The position numbers and the translations under genes were made by a program. Positions 44,373 through 55,235 of a DNA stretch of 64,000 nt are shown here, one piece after another. Every line of letters begins with the position of its first letter. The stretch's first letter is position 1. Under the pieces are notes generated by a model that saw only the letters and a list, made by a program, of their open reading frames with translations, was not told the origin of the DNA and made no database searches. Source of the DNA: Clostridia bacterium (GTDB taxonomy: Bacteria > Bacillota > Clostridia > Oscillospirales > CAG-272); assembly GCA_017508665.1 (NCBI GenBank), contig JAFVYL010000040.1, forward strand, positions 8,309-72,308, read 5' to 3'.

Positions 44373-44413
44373 GAAATATATTAATTGAAAAACGAGACAC
44401 GCCCATACCCGAA

Positions 44414-45691
44414 ATGGAGATATCTATGATCAACAAACAGAGAATTGACTATTACGTCGGTATACTGTCTGACGAGCTTGTTCCTGCTATGGGATGCACC
44501 GAGCCGATTGCCATCGCTTATGCATCTGCCAAGGCACGTGCGACTCTCGGTACATTTCCCACGTCCTGCGACGTAGCGGTCAGCGGAAATATAATTAAAA
44601 ATGCAAAATCCGTTGTTGTTCCTCACACGGGTGGCATGAAGGGAATAGAAACTGCCGCTCTTGCCGGAATAGTTGCCGGAAATGCTGATGCGAGGCTTGA
44701 GGTGCTCTCAAGCGTTACTCCCGAGGACACCGCAAGAATGTACTCATTAAGGGATACGATCCCGATAAATGTGCGACTTTACGACACGGAATACCCCTTT
44801 GATATACTCGTCACAGTAACCGACGGAGAAAATACTGCATCCGTCAGAGTTACCAACAGACACACCAATGTTGTTTCAATAGAGCGCAACGGAGAGAGAC
44901 TGTTTACCGGTGAAATAAACGAGGCTATCGAGGTTAAAAAACAGGACTTGTCGATAGAAGAAATAGTTGAGTTTGCCGACTCGGTGGACATAGATCTCGT
45001 CAGACCGATACTCAAGCGTCAGATCGATTGCAATATGGCTATAGCAGAGGCGGGACTCAGCGGGAACTACGGTGCTAATATAGGCAAGGTATATCTCTCA
45101 AGTTATCTTCCCGACATCAGCGTTAAGGCTAAGGCTTATGCCGCGGCCGGCAGTGACGCGAGAATGAACGGCTGCGAGCTTCCTGTTATCATAAACTCGG
45201 GTAGCGGCAATCAGGGTATGACCGCCTCTATTCCGGTCGTTATATATTGGAGAGAGCTTGGACTCGACGAGGATAAGCTCTATCGCGCGCTTTGTGTATC
45301 CAATCTTTCCACCATCCGTGTAAAGCAGGGGATCGGTACTCTCTCCGCCTATTGCGGAGCGGTAGCGGCAGGTGCAGGCGCGGGCGCGGGAATAGCTTAT
45401 CTTTACGGCGGCGGATTCAAGGACGTCGCGCACACTATTGTTAATGCGCTTGCCATAGACTCCGGACTCATATGCGACGGTGCTAAGGCAAGCTGTGCCG
45501 CTAAGATAGCCACCGCTGTCGAGAACGGTATTCTCGGATTTAATCTTTACCGCTCGGGTAATCAGTTCCTCGGCGGTGACGGTATAGTAAAAAAAGGTGT
45601 TGAAAACACAATCGAGAGCATATCCAGACTCGCAAAGGACGGTATGCGTGATACAGACAAAGCAATTCTTGAAATAATGCTGAATAAATAG
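44414..45691 (+). CDS. UPF0597 / serine-dehydratase-alpha-like protein (L-cysteine desulfidase family)
   Basis: LVPAMGCTEPIAIAYA N-terminal motif and SGSGNQG loop, 425 aa. Confidence 0.75.
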   Translation: MEISMINKQRIDYYVGILSDELVPAMGCTEPIAIAYASAKARATLGTFPTSCDVAVSGNIIKNAKSVVVPHTGGMKGIETAALAGIVAGNADARLEVLSSVTPEDTARMYSLRDTIPINVRLYDTEYPFDILVTVTDGENTASVRVTNRHTNVVSIERNGERLFTGEINEAIEVKKQDLSIEEIVEFADSVDIDLVRPILKRQIDCNMAIAEAGLSGNYGANIGKVYLSSYLPDISVKAKAYAAAGSDARMNGCELPVIINSGSGNQGMTASIPVVIYWRELGLDEDKLYRALCVSNLSTIRVKQGIGTLSAYCGAVAAGAGAGAGIAYLYGGGFKDVAHTIVNALAIDSGLICDGAKASCAAKIATAVENGILGFNLYRSGNQFLGGDGIVKKGVENTIESISRLAKDGMRDTDKAILEIMLNK

Positions 45692-45699
45692 GTGACGAA

Positions 45700-48600
45700 A
45701 TGAAGATAAAACGATTAGCTTTACTTATGCTCTGCGCGGTAATGATACTTACCTCCGCGGTTATACCCACCGTATTCACCGCAAAGGCCGCAGAGCCGAT
45801 TAACGATTACAACTATTCAAATCCCGCATCCGACCGCAATCTCACTCTCACCGCGGCGGAGTTCCTTACGGACCTCGGATACACTCTGTCAGATGCAGAG
45901 GCCGATTATCTTAACGCTTTTTGCGATTTCAAGCTCCGATATGACCGTGTTTCTCAGGACATGGTGGAAAAGAGAGTTACCGGAGCTGACGGAGAGCCTA
46001 AAAGGGTAGAGATACAGGCGCAATATTATACGTATACGGCCGCTGACGGAAATACCGTTATTACCTGGACTCCTGTAAAGGCGGAGATAGTCATGGGAGA
46101 TACCGTCATCTCTTCCGCAACCTCTTACACAGAAGAGAGCGGCAAGCGTATCTTTACTATCGAGAACATTGACATCGATTTGAGCTATGACTACAGAGTT
46201 CAGTATCAGATATCCGACGGCATTACCGTTTTTGCCAATGACGTTAATTTCTTGCTTGATTATACCTATGATAAGATTACCGAGGCACAGCCTCACCTCG
46301 ACTTTTACAAGAATAACGAGGATGCCGTAAACGCGTATCTCGGATATCTCAAGGATAAGCGCATATGGGATCAGAATAAGGCGGCATATGACGCTTACCC
46401 ACAGCTTCTTGAAAAGTACGGAGAGGATCTCGTTAAGTACAATAAATACCGTGACGTAACTCTTCCCGAATATATGCGCTTATTAAGCGAATATAATACG
46501 GAGCTTAACAATTATAACCAAGAACTCAAGCTATACAACGAATATCTTGCTAAGCTTGATACGATGAAGGCTCAGATAGATACCTTTGATACCGCGTTGA
46601 CAAAGAAGATGACCTACCTCGACCGCGAGGTGTACGCATGCTTCTTCGCATCGCTCGTTGACGAGGTCGTGGCAAACAAGGAAAAGCTTATTGCAGGCTT
46701 TGGTGAAAAGATGAGAGGTCCTATAGACAACTCCAAGGCCGCCACGGAGAATATCCGCAAGATATTCAGACCGTCCGACGGAACTCACTATGATAAGCTC
46801 GAGTCGATCGATGACAAGTACACCTTCTATATAAACAACTACGAGGCACTTTGTGCCAACATATACCTTCTTACTGAGTCGCTCTATACGATCTACACCA
46901 CTAACGGTATGGTACAGCTGATGCATACGGCATCCTCAATGATGGACAGAGAGGACTACACCGAGAGACTTGCTATCTTTATTGCTCAGCTTGTAGGAAT
47001 TTGTGACGTCCTCAGTGACACACCCCTGACTTACACAAGCGGACAGGGCAAGGAGCACAGTGCTGCAAATATGTCCTTCAACTACAGAACAAAGGCCGGT
47101 GCGGACGTAAAGAACAGGACTATATCACAGATCTTTGAGGGAGAGGAGTTCGTCAAGGATACGAACAACGCGACTCCTATCGCGCCTCCGGCAAAGGTAG
47201 ATCCCCCGACACCTATGACCTCCGTTCCTCCTGTGGAGCCTGAGGAGATCATAGAGCCCACTAAGCCGGTACAGCCCGCAGATCCCGGAAATCCTCCGAC
47301 TGAGGTCTTTAAGCCCGACGGTATGCCCGAGGGCGGCTTCGATTGGACGAAATTTATCAGCGATACCTCATATCATACTCTTATGCAGACACTTCTTGCC
47401 GAGAAGCTTGGCGGCGTGCTTACTGACAGAGATGATGTTTCGGATATCAATTATGTACCCACCTATAACGTGCAGAAGCCTTTTGATGACTCATCCTACG
47501 TTAAGATCGGTCTTCATGATGCAAACAGAGAGCTTATTGACAGGATAGAGATTAAAAAGGGAAGCGACGTTGATTTCAGAGCGCTCGGATATTCAAATCC
47601 CGTGAAGGCGGAGGATATCGGTGCGACCTATACCTTCATCGGTTGGGAAAGCTCTGACGGTCAGCCCTTTGATTATTCCGCAACCCGCGACGTCGATCTG
47701 TATCCCGTTTTTGAAGTCAATCACAAGGATAATTATGAGATAGACGGAAAAAAACTCGTTGCCACCACCGACGCTGATCTCGTACGTCTGCCCATAGCAA
47801 AATTTACCGATATCGTTGACAGTGAACGCCTTGAGGGGCTCAAGGCGATGGCTAAGGACGTAGGTATTGAGATCAAGTACGAGAGCTTGCTTGAACTTCG
47901 TGCGGCAGGTGTCGATTACCTTGTTGTCAGAGCAGATTCCTCAAATGCTGCTTCTCCCGTGTGTCAGGTTCTTGCATATACCGACGGCGGCAATAGGGTA
48001 GAGATCTCATCTCCTATCACCGTTTACCTCGCCTTTGCCGATCTGAAGTCCGACGTCACCTACACCGATTTGAATAACGAGAGCAATAAGGCAGGAACCG
48101 AAAGCATTAAGCTGAGCGGCGATGCCGAGAGCAATACTAACTATATATACTTCCAAACCGCACTTAATAAGAGCGACACGCTTTCCGTAAAATACGATAT
48201 CAGCTGCATCTCGTCTGTTCAAGCTCCTACTACGGCAGCACCCGGTGAGACTGTCAGCATTGATATTACCGATATCCTTGGTATGAGGGCAGAGGCATAT
48301 TACATGCATAACGGAGTGAAGTATGCTATAAGCGGCAAGAGCTTTGTTATGCCCGAGGGCAGTGTTCAGCTCGGCGTAAGCTATACCGATATCATATGCA
48401 CGGTTACCTTCATAAGCAACGGCAAGGAAATAAAGAAGGATTCCTATAAGTGGGGAAGTCCGCTTGATAAATGGCCGAGCAATCCCACTAAAGCAAACGA
48501 CAGTGAGTACAGCTATAAGTTTAAAAGATGGTCTCCTTTAAGAGAGGACTTTGTATATGAAGACCTCGTTTATATTGCTATCTTTGAGCGCACCCCTCTT

Positions 48601-48867
48601 CCTAAAGAGCCCATCAAGATAAATTGGCTGAGAGTACTCGTAGTTACCGCAATGGTACTCGTAGTTACCGGACTTGTTGCTCTTGTGCTTCTGATACTTC
48701 ATAAGACAAAGGTTATCAACGTCAAGAAGATAATCCCCGCTATATGCAGTATCTTTAAGAAAAGGGGAGATAAAGGCACGGACGTTATAGCTGACAGCAC
48801 TGAGGTGCAGCCCCCCGAAGAATGCGATAAAACTCCGAAGTCTGACGAGGCGGATCCCGAAAAATAA
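45700..48867 (+). CDS. large type-I membrane-anchored surface protein (1055 aa)
   Basis: Signal peptide, N/Y/K-rich helical region, Pro-rich linker, a Listeria-Bacteroides (InlB B-type) repeat (TYTFIGWESSDGQPFDY), a C-terminal TM helix and a short charged tail. Confidence 0.6.
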   Translation: MKIKRLALLMLCAVMILTSAVIPTVFTAKAAEPINDYNYSNPASDRNLTLTAAEFLTDLGYTLSDAEADYLNAFCDFKLRYDRVSQDMVEKRVTGADGEPKRVEIQAQYYTYTAADGNTVITWTPVKAEIVMGDTVISSATSYTEESGKRIFTIENIDIDLSYDYRVQYQISDGITVFANDVNFLLDYTYDKITEAQPHLDFYKNNEDAVNAYLGYLKDKRIWDQNKAAYDAYPQLLEKYGEDLVKYNKYRDVTLPEYMRLLSEYNTELNNYNQELKLYNEYLAKLDTMKAQIDTFDTALTKKMTYLDREVYACFFASLVDEVVANKEKLIAGFGEKMRGPIDNSKAATENIRKIFRPSDGTHYDKLESIDDKYTFYINNYEALCANIYLLTESLYTIYTTNGMVQLMHTASSMMDREDYTERLAIFIAQLVGICDVLSDTPLTYTSGQGKEHSAANMSFNYRTKAGADVKNRTISQIFEGEEFVKDTNNATPIAPPAKVDPPTPMTSVPPVEPEEIIEPTKPVQPADPGNPPTEVFKPDGMPEGGFDWTKFISDTSYHTLMQTLLAEKLGGVLTDRDDVSDINYVPTYNVQKPFDDSSYVKIGLHDANRELIDRIEIKKGSDVDFRALGYSNPVKAEDIGATYTFIGWESSDGQPFDYSATRDVDLYPVFEVNHKDNYEIDGKKLVATTDADLVRLPIAKFTDIVDSERLEGLKAMAKDVGIEIKYESLLELRAAGVDYLVVRADSSNAASPVCQVLAYTDGGNRVEISSPITVYLAFADLKSDVTYTDLNNESNKAGTESIKLSGDAESNTNYIYFQTALNKSDTLSVKYDISCISSVQAPTTAAPGETVSIDITDILGMRAEAYYMHNGVKYAISGKSFVMPEGSVQLGVSYTDIICTVTFISNGKEIKKDSYKWGSPLDKWPSNPTKANDSEYSYKFKRWSPLREDFVYEDLVYIAIFERTPLPKEPIKINWLRVLVVTAMVLVVTGLVALVLLILHKTKVINVKKIIPAICSIFKKRGDKGTDVIADSTEVQPPEECDKTPKSDEADPEK

Positions 48868-49063
48868 AAGGCGATACCCGTGTTAAAAAACGCAAATCGC
48901 CCCCTTACCCGTGTTACGTTTTGAAAACATCAAAAACAGCCCCAAAAGGCTATGAATTGACAAAATGAACAAAAAAGAAATGGGTTTTTTGTGCTCTAAG
49001 CGCAAAAGGCCCGTTTTTTTTACAAAAAAATTAATAATTCTTTAAATATTTTCGCAAGAAGCA

Positions 49064-49092
49064 TTGACAAAGCTTACACGGGGTGCTATAAT
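49064..49092 (+). promoter_or_regulatory. consensus sigma-A promoter of the giant-protein gene
   Basis: TTGACA, 17 nt, then TGcTATAAT. Confidence 0.6.
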
Positions 49093-49160
49093 TTTGCTAT
49101 AATGTAATATATATAAATATTATTTTATAAAAATTCACACACGAAAGGTAGACAAACAAA

Positions 49161-52100
49161 ATGAAAAAGACGTTAGTTTCAGTTTTGACTTTGTTGCTTG
49201 TTTCTGTGATGCTCTTTACAGGCTTCGTTCCTGTAATCAGCCATGCAGCAACCAAGGCGTCTGTTAAGGACGAGATAGCAGCAGTCATTCCGGACAGTGT
49301 CACAAGCACCAATTGGGTTGACTTGGAGCTTGAAGGCGATCAGTTTATTCTGACCGTTAATCCCGACCTCAGCGTTCTTCAGGACGTTGATAAGGATCAG
49401 CTCAAGGCTCTTCTTGCTAAGGCTCTTGAGTACTTCAAGGATAAGGTTAAGACCGCTTGGGACAACAAGACAATTCTCAAGGAACACCTTTGGGATCTTG
49501 CTCTTGAGATCTATAGCGACGTTAAGGGCCACGGCAGCATTACCGCGACACTTACCGATCCTAATCTCCCCTACGAGCTTGCGCACTATGCAAAGCTTCT
49601 TCTCATCGCTGCCAATGCGGCAGAGATCATCAGCATCGAGGAGCTTAAGAATTATGCAGTGGCTGCTAAGGAAGCATTCCCTGTATATGCAAAGGCTCTT
49701 GTTGAGAAGTACGGCCCCGCAGTAAATGCAAAGGTTACCGAACTTGTTAACCAGATTGCAGGTACCGACTTTGAGAACGTTCAGGATATGGTTAGCACCG
49801 CTAAGAATATGCTCAACCAGTTCAAGAATGCGATACTCGAGCTTGAGAAGTACGGCCTCAATCCTGCAGATTTCGTTACATATCTTCAGAATCCCGGCAG
49901 CGCTTCCGCGACTATCGCAGAGCAGATAAAGGCGGAGCTTGAAAGCAAGGCTGATGCGATCGTTGATACTCTTGCTGCAGACAAGTCCAATGCAGAAGCA
50001 GTAGCTGATCAGCTTGCCGCTCTTCTTGCAGAGTACGGCGTTGTTCTTACCGATGAGCAGGTTAATAATGTTGCTACAGCTCTTGCAAACGGTGAGCCTA
50101 TTGATTTTACAGGCCTTGATATCGATGCTTTCATAGCAGATAAGCAGGCTGAGTTCGAGAGCCTTCTCAACATCAGCGACACCAAGCTTAAGCTCCTTGG
50201 TATCGCAAAGAAGATTCTTAACAAGGTTATGACCGATGAGGAGATCATCGAGCTCGTAAAGAGCGAGAACGTTGTTGCCGCTGTTAAGGATAAGATCGTT
50301 GAGATCGTATCCGGCATCGATAAGTCCGATATAGTTAACTATGCAACCAAGATCATTAACGCTATTGAGACCGTTAAGATCAACAACTCCGTTATCTTCC
50401 ACAAGACAGAAAACGGTCCTCAGGTAAACTTAGCAGGTATCAAGGAGCTCCTTCTCTCCGTTCCCGGCTTCGGTAAGATCTCCGAGATGGGTGACGATGA
50501 GATGTCCTTCCCTGTAAGATTTGCTATTGATACCATCTACACAAATGAGATCGACTTCGGTATCACTCTCAGAATTAATCCCGAGAGCGCTAAGTACGTA
50601 AGAGCAGCTGCAGAGCTCCTTACCAGATACTTCAACCTCGATTTCACCAACGGCACCGTAGTCTTCGAGATGAAGATGCCCGAGATATTCACTAAGGCAA
50701 TTCTTAAGGCTGCTAACTCCAGCGTTATCGATCCCGCGCTTAAGCAGAAGGTATTCGCTGCGTTCTCAGCAACCGGCAACGATGTTTACGCACTTATTCA
50801 GAGCCTCTCCTATGATGATATGATCGCTCTTATCAACTGCGTAGACTTCGGTGCAATATTCGATCACGACTTCGTAAAGAAGTTTGTAGACCTTTCCGCG
50901 TATGATAATGAGGATATCATCAACGTAGTAGAGAAGTACAGATCCTACTTCGAGGCTGCTATTAAGTACGGTATCAAGCTTGCTACAGCGATCAAGAACA
51001 GAATCCCCTCAAGATTTATGGACGATTCCTTCCTTGACATCGTTGACAACCACAGCACCATTTCTTATGACTCCGGTAAGTTTGGCTATAAGGCAACTCA
51101 TACCATTACCGTAGATCATATTGATACAGTTCTCGGTAAGATCGCAGATCTTCTCGGCATCAACAGGGATGCAGTATCCTTTGTTCTTTACAAGTTCCTT
51201 CCCGATAGCTTCGTTTCCGATGGCTTCACCGTAGGACTTGATTTCAGCGTTCAGTTCAAGAACATCTACCGTATCAACTATGTTGATGCAAACGGTAATG
51301 CTATCAAGAGCGGCTTCCTTCCCGTTGGCGCTAAGCTTAACGATTTCGTTAACGTTGCAGACGTTACCGGTTGGAAGGATGAGAACGGTATTGTTCTTAC
51401 CACCATGCCCGACAGAGACGTAACTGTAAGCCCTGTATTCGTTGAACAGATTGATCATACCATAGACCTTTCCAGAATTACCTGGGTTGATGATCACTTC
51501 GTAGAGGGCGCACTCCTTGAGCGTCTTTACACAGGTAATAATTACGAGATCACTCTTTACGTACCCAGTGAGTATGAGGGACTTATTAAGGTGACTCCCG
51601 CAGGCAACGTTGCTAAGGATGCCGGTAATTACACCGCGACCTACACCTATGAGCTTCTCGGTTCCAATATCAAGGTAGTTGGTACTCCCGCAGAGTACGC
51701 TTGGACTATTGCTCCCAAGACACTTACTGCTGCTGACGTTGCAGGCTACGCTTGGAACAATCCTACCTACACCGGTGCTCCCCTCACAGGTACTATCGTT
51801 CTTCCCAATAGCCTCGAGGTTGTAAAATATGAGTTCCCCAACAACTGTGTAAACGCAGGTGAATACACCGCAACCGTTACCATCGCTTCTGTACAGAACG
51901 CTAACGGCGCCTACAACTACAACTTCATCTCCGGCAACGTAGTTTCTTACGAGGGCACCTTTGAGAATCTCACTTGGAGAATTGAGAAGGCTGATATCTC
52001 CGATCTCAGAACTCTCGTTCAGCTTGTAGGCAAGACTGTTAACTACGACAGCAAGAAGAATCAGAAGCTTGAGGTTAGCCTTACCAACACTGCACTCAAC

Positions 52101-54233
52101 GATGAGTACAACCGTTATGCTGACCTTCTTAAGTATCTCAATGTTTCCTACTTCTATGACGGTATTGCTAACAATCTCGGTGTAAACCTTGTAAAAACAT
52201 ACAGAGTTACCGCAAGCGTTGAGCTTGTTAACCATCCTAACTTCAATGACGCATCTCTTGATCAGCTCGGTCCTGTAAACTTTGTTATCACAGGTGACAA
52301 GGTAAGCGAGTTCCAGCTTGCAGGCGGTACCGTTATTGTAGAGGCAGTCGGCGGCCTTACTCCCGACCACACTCTTAACGTTAAGAAGGCTACTCACGTT
52401 AAGCCTACTTATGAGATCGATAAGAAGAACGCAGTAGTTATTATCTCTTATGACATCTTCTTCACCAAGGGTCTTCAGAAGATTCCCGCAAACGTTGATG
52501 GCAGAGAGTTCATCGTTAAGATCCTTATTCCCGAAAGCCAGCGCGAAATAGGTCGCAGAGATCAGTTCCAGGTTATCCACGTAAACGAGGATGGCACTTT
52601 CGAGATCATGAACGCTACTCGCGAAGGCAATTACATGGTATTCACTACCGACCACTTCTCCGAGTACGCTATAGTACGCGTTGAGGCTAAGAGCCTTGCT
52701 TGGCTCTGGATACTCCTCTTCGCTATACTTGCAGGCGGTATCGCAGTAGGCGTATACTTCTTCACTAAGAACCGTAAGGAAACTGCAGAGGCACTTGCAG
52801 CTGAGGCAACTGAGGAAACTCCCGCAGAGGAAACTCCCGCAGAGGAAACTCCCGCAGAGGAAACTCCCGCAGAAGAAACACCTGCTGAGGAAGCACCTGC
52901 TGAAGAAGCTCCTGTAGAGGAAGCACCTGCAGAGGAAACACCTGTTGAGGAAGCACCCGTAGAGGAAGCTCCTGTAGCAGAAGAGCCTCAGACCGCAGTT
53001 CTTGTTATGGGTCAGGACGGCAAGGAAGCTACCGCGGTTATCGGCGGTGAGACCGTTCACATCAGATTCAGAAGCTCCTTCCTCTCCAGACTTATCCAGT
53101 CCAGCGAGAATATTCAGGACTTCTACTCCACAATTAAGAACTATATTCTTTCCTTCAAGGGCATCAAGGCGAGAAGCAGCTGGAACTATGAGGCCTTCAA
53201 TAAGGGCAGAGTACAGCTTGTTAAGCTTAACATCAAGGGTAAGACTCTCGTTGTTAACCTCAACCTCGATCCTAAGGAATTCAACGTTAATAAGTATCAC
53301 TTCGTAGATTGCTCCGACAAGCCTAAGTTCGCTAAGGTTCCTATGATGATGAAGGTAAGAAGTGCAAGAGCACTTAAGTACACTCTTGAACTCATCGATG
53401 AGATGATGAAGAAGTATGAGCTTAAGCAGCTTGAGATTCCTACCGTTGATTACCGTATGCCTTACGAGACCACCGAGGAGCTTGCTAAGCGCGGTATCGT
53501 TAAGGTCATTCTTCCCGCAGGCGTAACCCTCAGTGATGATATGACATTCGTACACGTTAACGTAAGCGAGCTTATCGAGTCCGGCACGACTGTAAAGACT
53601 ACTGAACAGGTTGTAACCGGAGAGACTCCCGTAGTTGATGAAACTCCCGTAGTTGAAGAAACTCCCGTAGTTGAAGAGACTCCCGTAGTTGAAGAGACTC
53701 CCGTAGTTGAAGAGACTCCTGTAGTTGAAGAGACTCCCGTAGTTGAAGAGACTCCTGTAGTTGAAGAAGCTCCCGTAGTTGAAGAGACTCCTGTAGTTGA
53801 AGAAGCTCCCGTAGTTGAAGAGACTCCCGTAGTTGAAGAGACTCCCGTAGTTGAAGAAGCTCCCGTAGTCGCAGCTCCTGTAGTTGAGGTACTCGAGGAC
53901 GGTACAGTTCATGCAGATGCAGACTCAGCTGACCAGCTCGTTTCCGACGAGGAAGCAGAAGCTCAGCTTGAGGTTTCTGCAGAGGGCGTGAGCCGCAGCG
54001 GTAAGATGGGCGAGGTTAACCTCGACGTCATCTGTGAAAACTTCGATGACGGTGACGTTGTCGATGTAGACTCCCTTAAGGCAAAGCGCCTTGTGTCCGC
54101 TAAGATCGGCAGAGTAAAGATCCTTGCTCGCGGTGTTATGACCAAGAAGCTTACCGTAAAGGCAAGCAAGTTCTCCCTTCAGGCTGTAAAGATGATCACT
54201 CTTGCAGGCGGTAAGGCAGAGCTTGAGGAGTAA
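49161..54233 (+). CDS. giant single-pass membrane protein (1690 aa): about 1175-aa ectodomain, TM helix, acidic-repeat cytoplasmic region and a C-terminal uL15-like domain
   Basis: Signal peptide. TM helix [23 protein letters not shown] near aa 1180. ETPAE and ETPVVE repeats. The last about 74 aa align by eye with the ribosomal protein L15 C-terminus. Confidence 0.7.
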   Translation: MKKTLVSVLTLLLVSVMLFTGFVPVISHAATKASVKDEIAAVIPDSVTSTNWVDLELEGDQFILTVNPDLSVLQDVDKDQLKALLAKALEYFKDKVKTAWDNKTILKEHLWDLALEIYSDVKGHGSITATLTDPNLPYELAHYAKLLLIAANAAEIISIEELKNYAVAAKEAFPVYAKALVEKYGPAVNAKVTELVNQIAGTDFENVQDMVSTAKNMLNQFKNAILELEKYGLNPADFVTYLQNPGSASATIAEQIKAELESKADAIVDTLAADKSNAEAVADQLAALLAEYGVVLTDEQVNNVATALANGEPIDFTGLDIDAFIADKQAEFESLLNISDTKLKLLGIAKKILNKVMTDEEIIELVKSENVVAAVKDKIVEIVSGIDKSDIVNYATKIINAIETVKINNSVIFHKTENGPQVNLAGIKELLLSVPGFGKISEMGDDEMSFPVRFAIDTIYTNEIDFGITLRINPESAKYVRAAAELLTRYFNLDFTNGTVVFEMKMPEIFTKAILKAANSSVIDPALKQKVFAAFSATGNDVYALIQSLSYDDMIALINCVDFGAIFDHDFVKKFVDLSAYDNEDIINVVEKYRSYFEAAIKYGIKLATAIKNRIPSRFMDDSFLDIVDNHSTISYDSGKFGYKATHTITVDHIDTVLGKIADLLGINRDAVSFVLYKFLPDSFVSDGFTVGLDFSVQFKNIYRINYVDANGNAIKSGFLPVGAKLNDFVNVADVTGWKDENGIVLTTMPDRDVTVSPVFVEQIDHTIDLSRITWVDDHFVEGALLERLYTGNNYEITLYVPSEYEGLIKVTPAGNVAKDAGNYTATYTYELLGSNIKVVGTPAEYAWTIAPKTLTAADVAGYAWNNPTYTGAPLTGTIVLPNSLEVVKYEFPNNCVNAGEYTATVTIASVQNANGAYNYNFISGNVVSYEGTFENLTWRIEKADISDLRTLVQLVGKTVNYDSKKNQKLEVSLTNTALNDEYNRYADLLKYLNVSYFYDGIANNLGVNLVKTYRVTASVELVNHPNFNDASLDQLGPVNFVITGDKVSEFQLAGGTVIVEAVGGLTPDHTLNVKKATHVKPTYEIDKKNAVVIISYDIFFTKGLQKIPANVDGREFIVKILIPESQREIGRRDQFQVIHVNEDGTFEIMNATREGNYMVFTTDHFSEYAIVRVEAKSLAWLWILLFAILAGGIAVGVYFFTKNRKETAEALAAEATEETPAEETPAEETPAEETPAEETPAEEAPAEEAPVEEAPAEETPVEEAPVEEAPVAEEPQTAVLVMGQDGKEATAVIGGETVHIRFRSSFLSRLIQSSENIQDFYSTIKNYILSFKGIKARSSWNYEAFNKGRVQLVKLNIKGKTLVVNLNLDPKEFNVNKYHFVDCSDKPKFAKVPMMMKVRSARALKYTLELIDEMMKKYELKQLEIPTVDYRMPYETTEELAKRGIVKVILPAGVTLSDDMTFVHVNVSELIESGTTVKTTEQVVTGETPVVDETPVVEETPVVEETPVVEETPVVEETPVVEETPVVEETPVVEEAPVVEETPVVEEAPVVEETPVVEETPVVEEAPVVAAPVVEVLEDGTVHADADSADQLVSDEEAEAQLEVSAEGVSRSGKMGEVNLDVICENFDDGDVVDVDSLKAKRLVSAKIGRVKILARGVMTKKLTVKASKFSLQAVKMITLAGGKAELEE
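52812..52976 (+). repeat. eleven 15-bp in-frame tandem repeats (E-T/A-P-A/V-E)
   Basis: GAGGAAACTCCCGCA units follow directly after the TM helix. Confidence 0.9.
53622..53888 (+). repeat. about fifteen 18-bp in-frame tandem repeats (E-T/A-P-V-V-E)
   Basis: GAGACTCCCGTAGTTGAA units with synonymous and T/A variation. Confidence 0.9.
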
Positions 54234-54264
54234 TAAAAATACTCAAAGCTAACGCTTGAAAAAA

Positions 54265-54303
54265 GGCGCGAGTGTCCTTCGGGACATTCGCGCCTCATTT
54301 TTT
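54265..54303 (+). terminator. intrinsic terminator
   Basis: GGCGCGAGTGTCC-ttcg-GGACATTCGCGCC stem followed by a T-run. Confidence 0.85.
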
Positions 54304-54476
54304 CCTGTTATTTGACCGACAAAAAAGAGAGAACATTTCGGTTTTCCGATTTGTTCTCTCTTTATGTTTTATAAGGGGACTTAGCCCGTTGACACTTGAT
54401 CACTCATGCGCGGTGCTCTTGCGCTTTTGTTAAAGTATAATTTTCCGTTTAGGATATCATACATTTTAGGGCAATC

Positions 54477-54986
54477 TTATTTTAAGATCTTAGCATCACT
54501 CATGGCATAATACAAAACAGTTCCGCCTATAACACCGCAGACGAGCTCTCCTATACCTACCGAGAGCGACAGAGCGAAGAAGCCTGCCTCCACACCGTAT
54601 GCGTACATAAGTACGAAGGGCACGATGATCATGTTTGAGAAGAGATTAGGCAGAGTGGTCATCCACTTGAGCTTTTTTGGCAGATTTCTCAAAGCATATG
54701 CGCCGAGCGCACCTATCAGAGTGGCGATGCTTCCGAAAATAATATCCCAAAGCACGCAGCCCGCAATTATGTTTGAGAGTATGCAACCGATAAACAGACC
54801 TGCGATTGCTTCAGGCATAAACAGCGGCAGGATACATAGAACCTCCGCTATGCGGAACTGTATAGCTCCGCTTGATAGACCGAATACGGTCGACACGTAG
54901 CACAAACCTACGTAAAGGGCAGCAATAAGTGCTCCGCGTGTCAGCGCACGGGTAGAACCCGTGATTCTTTTGACGTTCCTTTTCAT
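54477..54986 (-). CDS. queT: queuosine-precursor transporter QueT
   Basis: 169-aa, 5-TM protein with a TRALTRGALIAALYVGLCYV N-terminus typical of QueT (COG4708). Confidence 0.75.
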   Translation of the reverse strand: MKRNVKRITGSTRALTRGALIAALYVGLCYVSTVFGLSSGAIQFRIAEVLCILPLFMPEAIAGLFIGCILSNIIAGCVLWDIIFGSIATLIGALGAYALRNLPKKLKWMTTLPNLFSNMIIVPFVLMYAYGVEAGFFALSLSVGIGELVCGVIGGTVLYYAMSDAKILK

Positions 54987-54989
54987 TTT

Positions 54990-55065
54990 TTCTCCTTTAG
55001 TTTTGTTTTTGTTTGAAAGCGTGAGCTTTCGTCGGTGAGGAAGGTCTCGAACTCACCGCGCGATA
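54990..55065 (-). promoter_or_regulatory. candidate preQ1 riboswitch (class I tail, with an embedded hairpin as in class II/III)
   Basis: On the minus strand: CGGTGAG-12 nt-CTCACCG, then GAAAGC-tcac-GCTTTC, then AAACAAAAACAAAACTAAAGGAG and the ATG. The loop CCTT can pair with the SD AAGG. The queT context supports the call. Confidence 0.5.
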
Positions 55066-55235
55066 TATTTTAGCACATCGCGGTAGAAAATGCAACACTT
55101 TTTTCTAAAAAAGGAAAAGATAAGAGAATAACGGCGAAAAGTGCAGAAGCTGCACGTATTTCCGTATATTACTTGTAGCACTCAGCGCCGAAATATAGTA
55201 GAATGAATATAGCGAAAGTTTAAGGGGTACATAGC

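Noticed and set aside
43560-44400. A prophage or genomic island could be integrated at ssrA.
   Set aside because: No integrase, phage genes or direct repeat of the tmRNA 3' end are present. Flanking genes (a MATE transporter and a cysteine-desulfidase-like gene) look like core genes.
48952-48961. ATGAATTGAC, the linker word of the cassette 3' module, also occurs in the intergenic region before the giant-protein gene.
   Set aside because: It is a single 10-mer with no adjacent hairpin series. The chance expectation in 64 kb on both strands is about 0.1, which is not negligible given the number of words inspected.
52812-53888. The 15-bp and 18-bp tandem repeats could be a non-coding repeat array.
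   Set aside because: They are in frame within a 1690-aa ORF, encode [11 protein letters not shown] acidic linkers, and their variation is mostly synonymous.
51009-53912. 967-aa ORF on the minus strand. Other long antisense ORFs fall in the same class: 3761-4930, 6043-7248, 49179-50402, 40802-41608, 22745-23596, 15022-15864 and 11374-12081.
   Set aside because: They lie entirely opposite well-supported genes and have low-complexity or repeat-mirrored sequences (for example FNYGSL repeats mirroring ETPVVE). They have no RBS and no recognisable family, so they are shadow ORFs.
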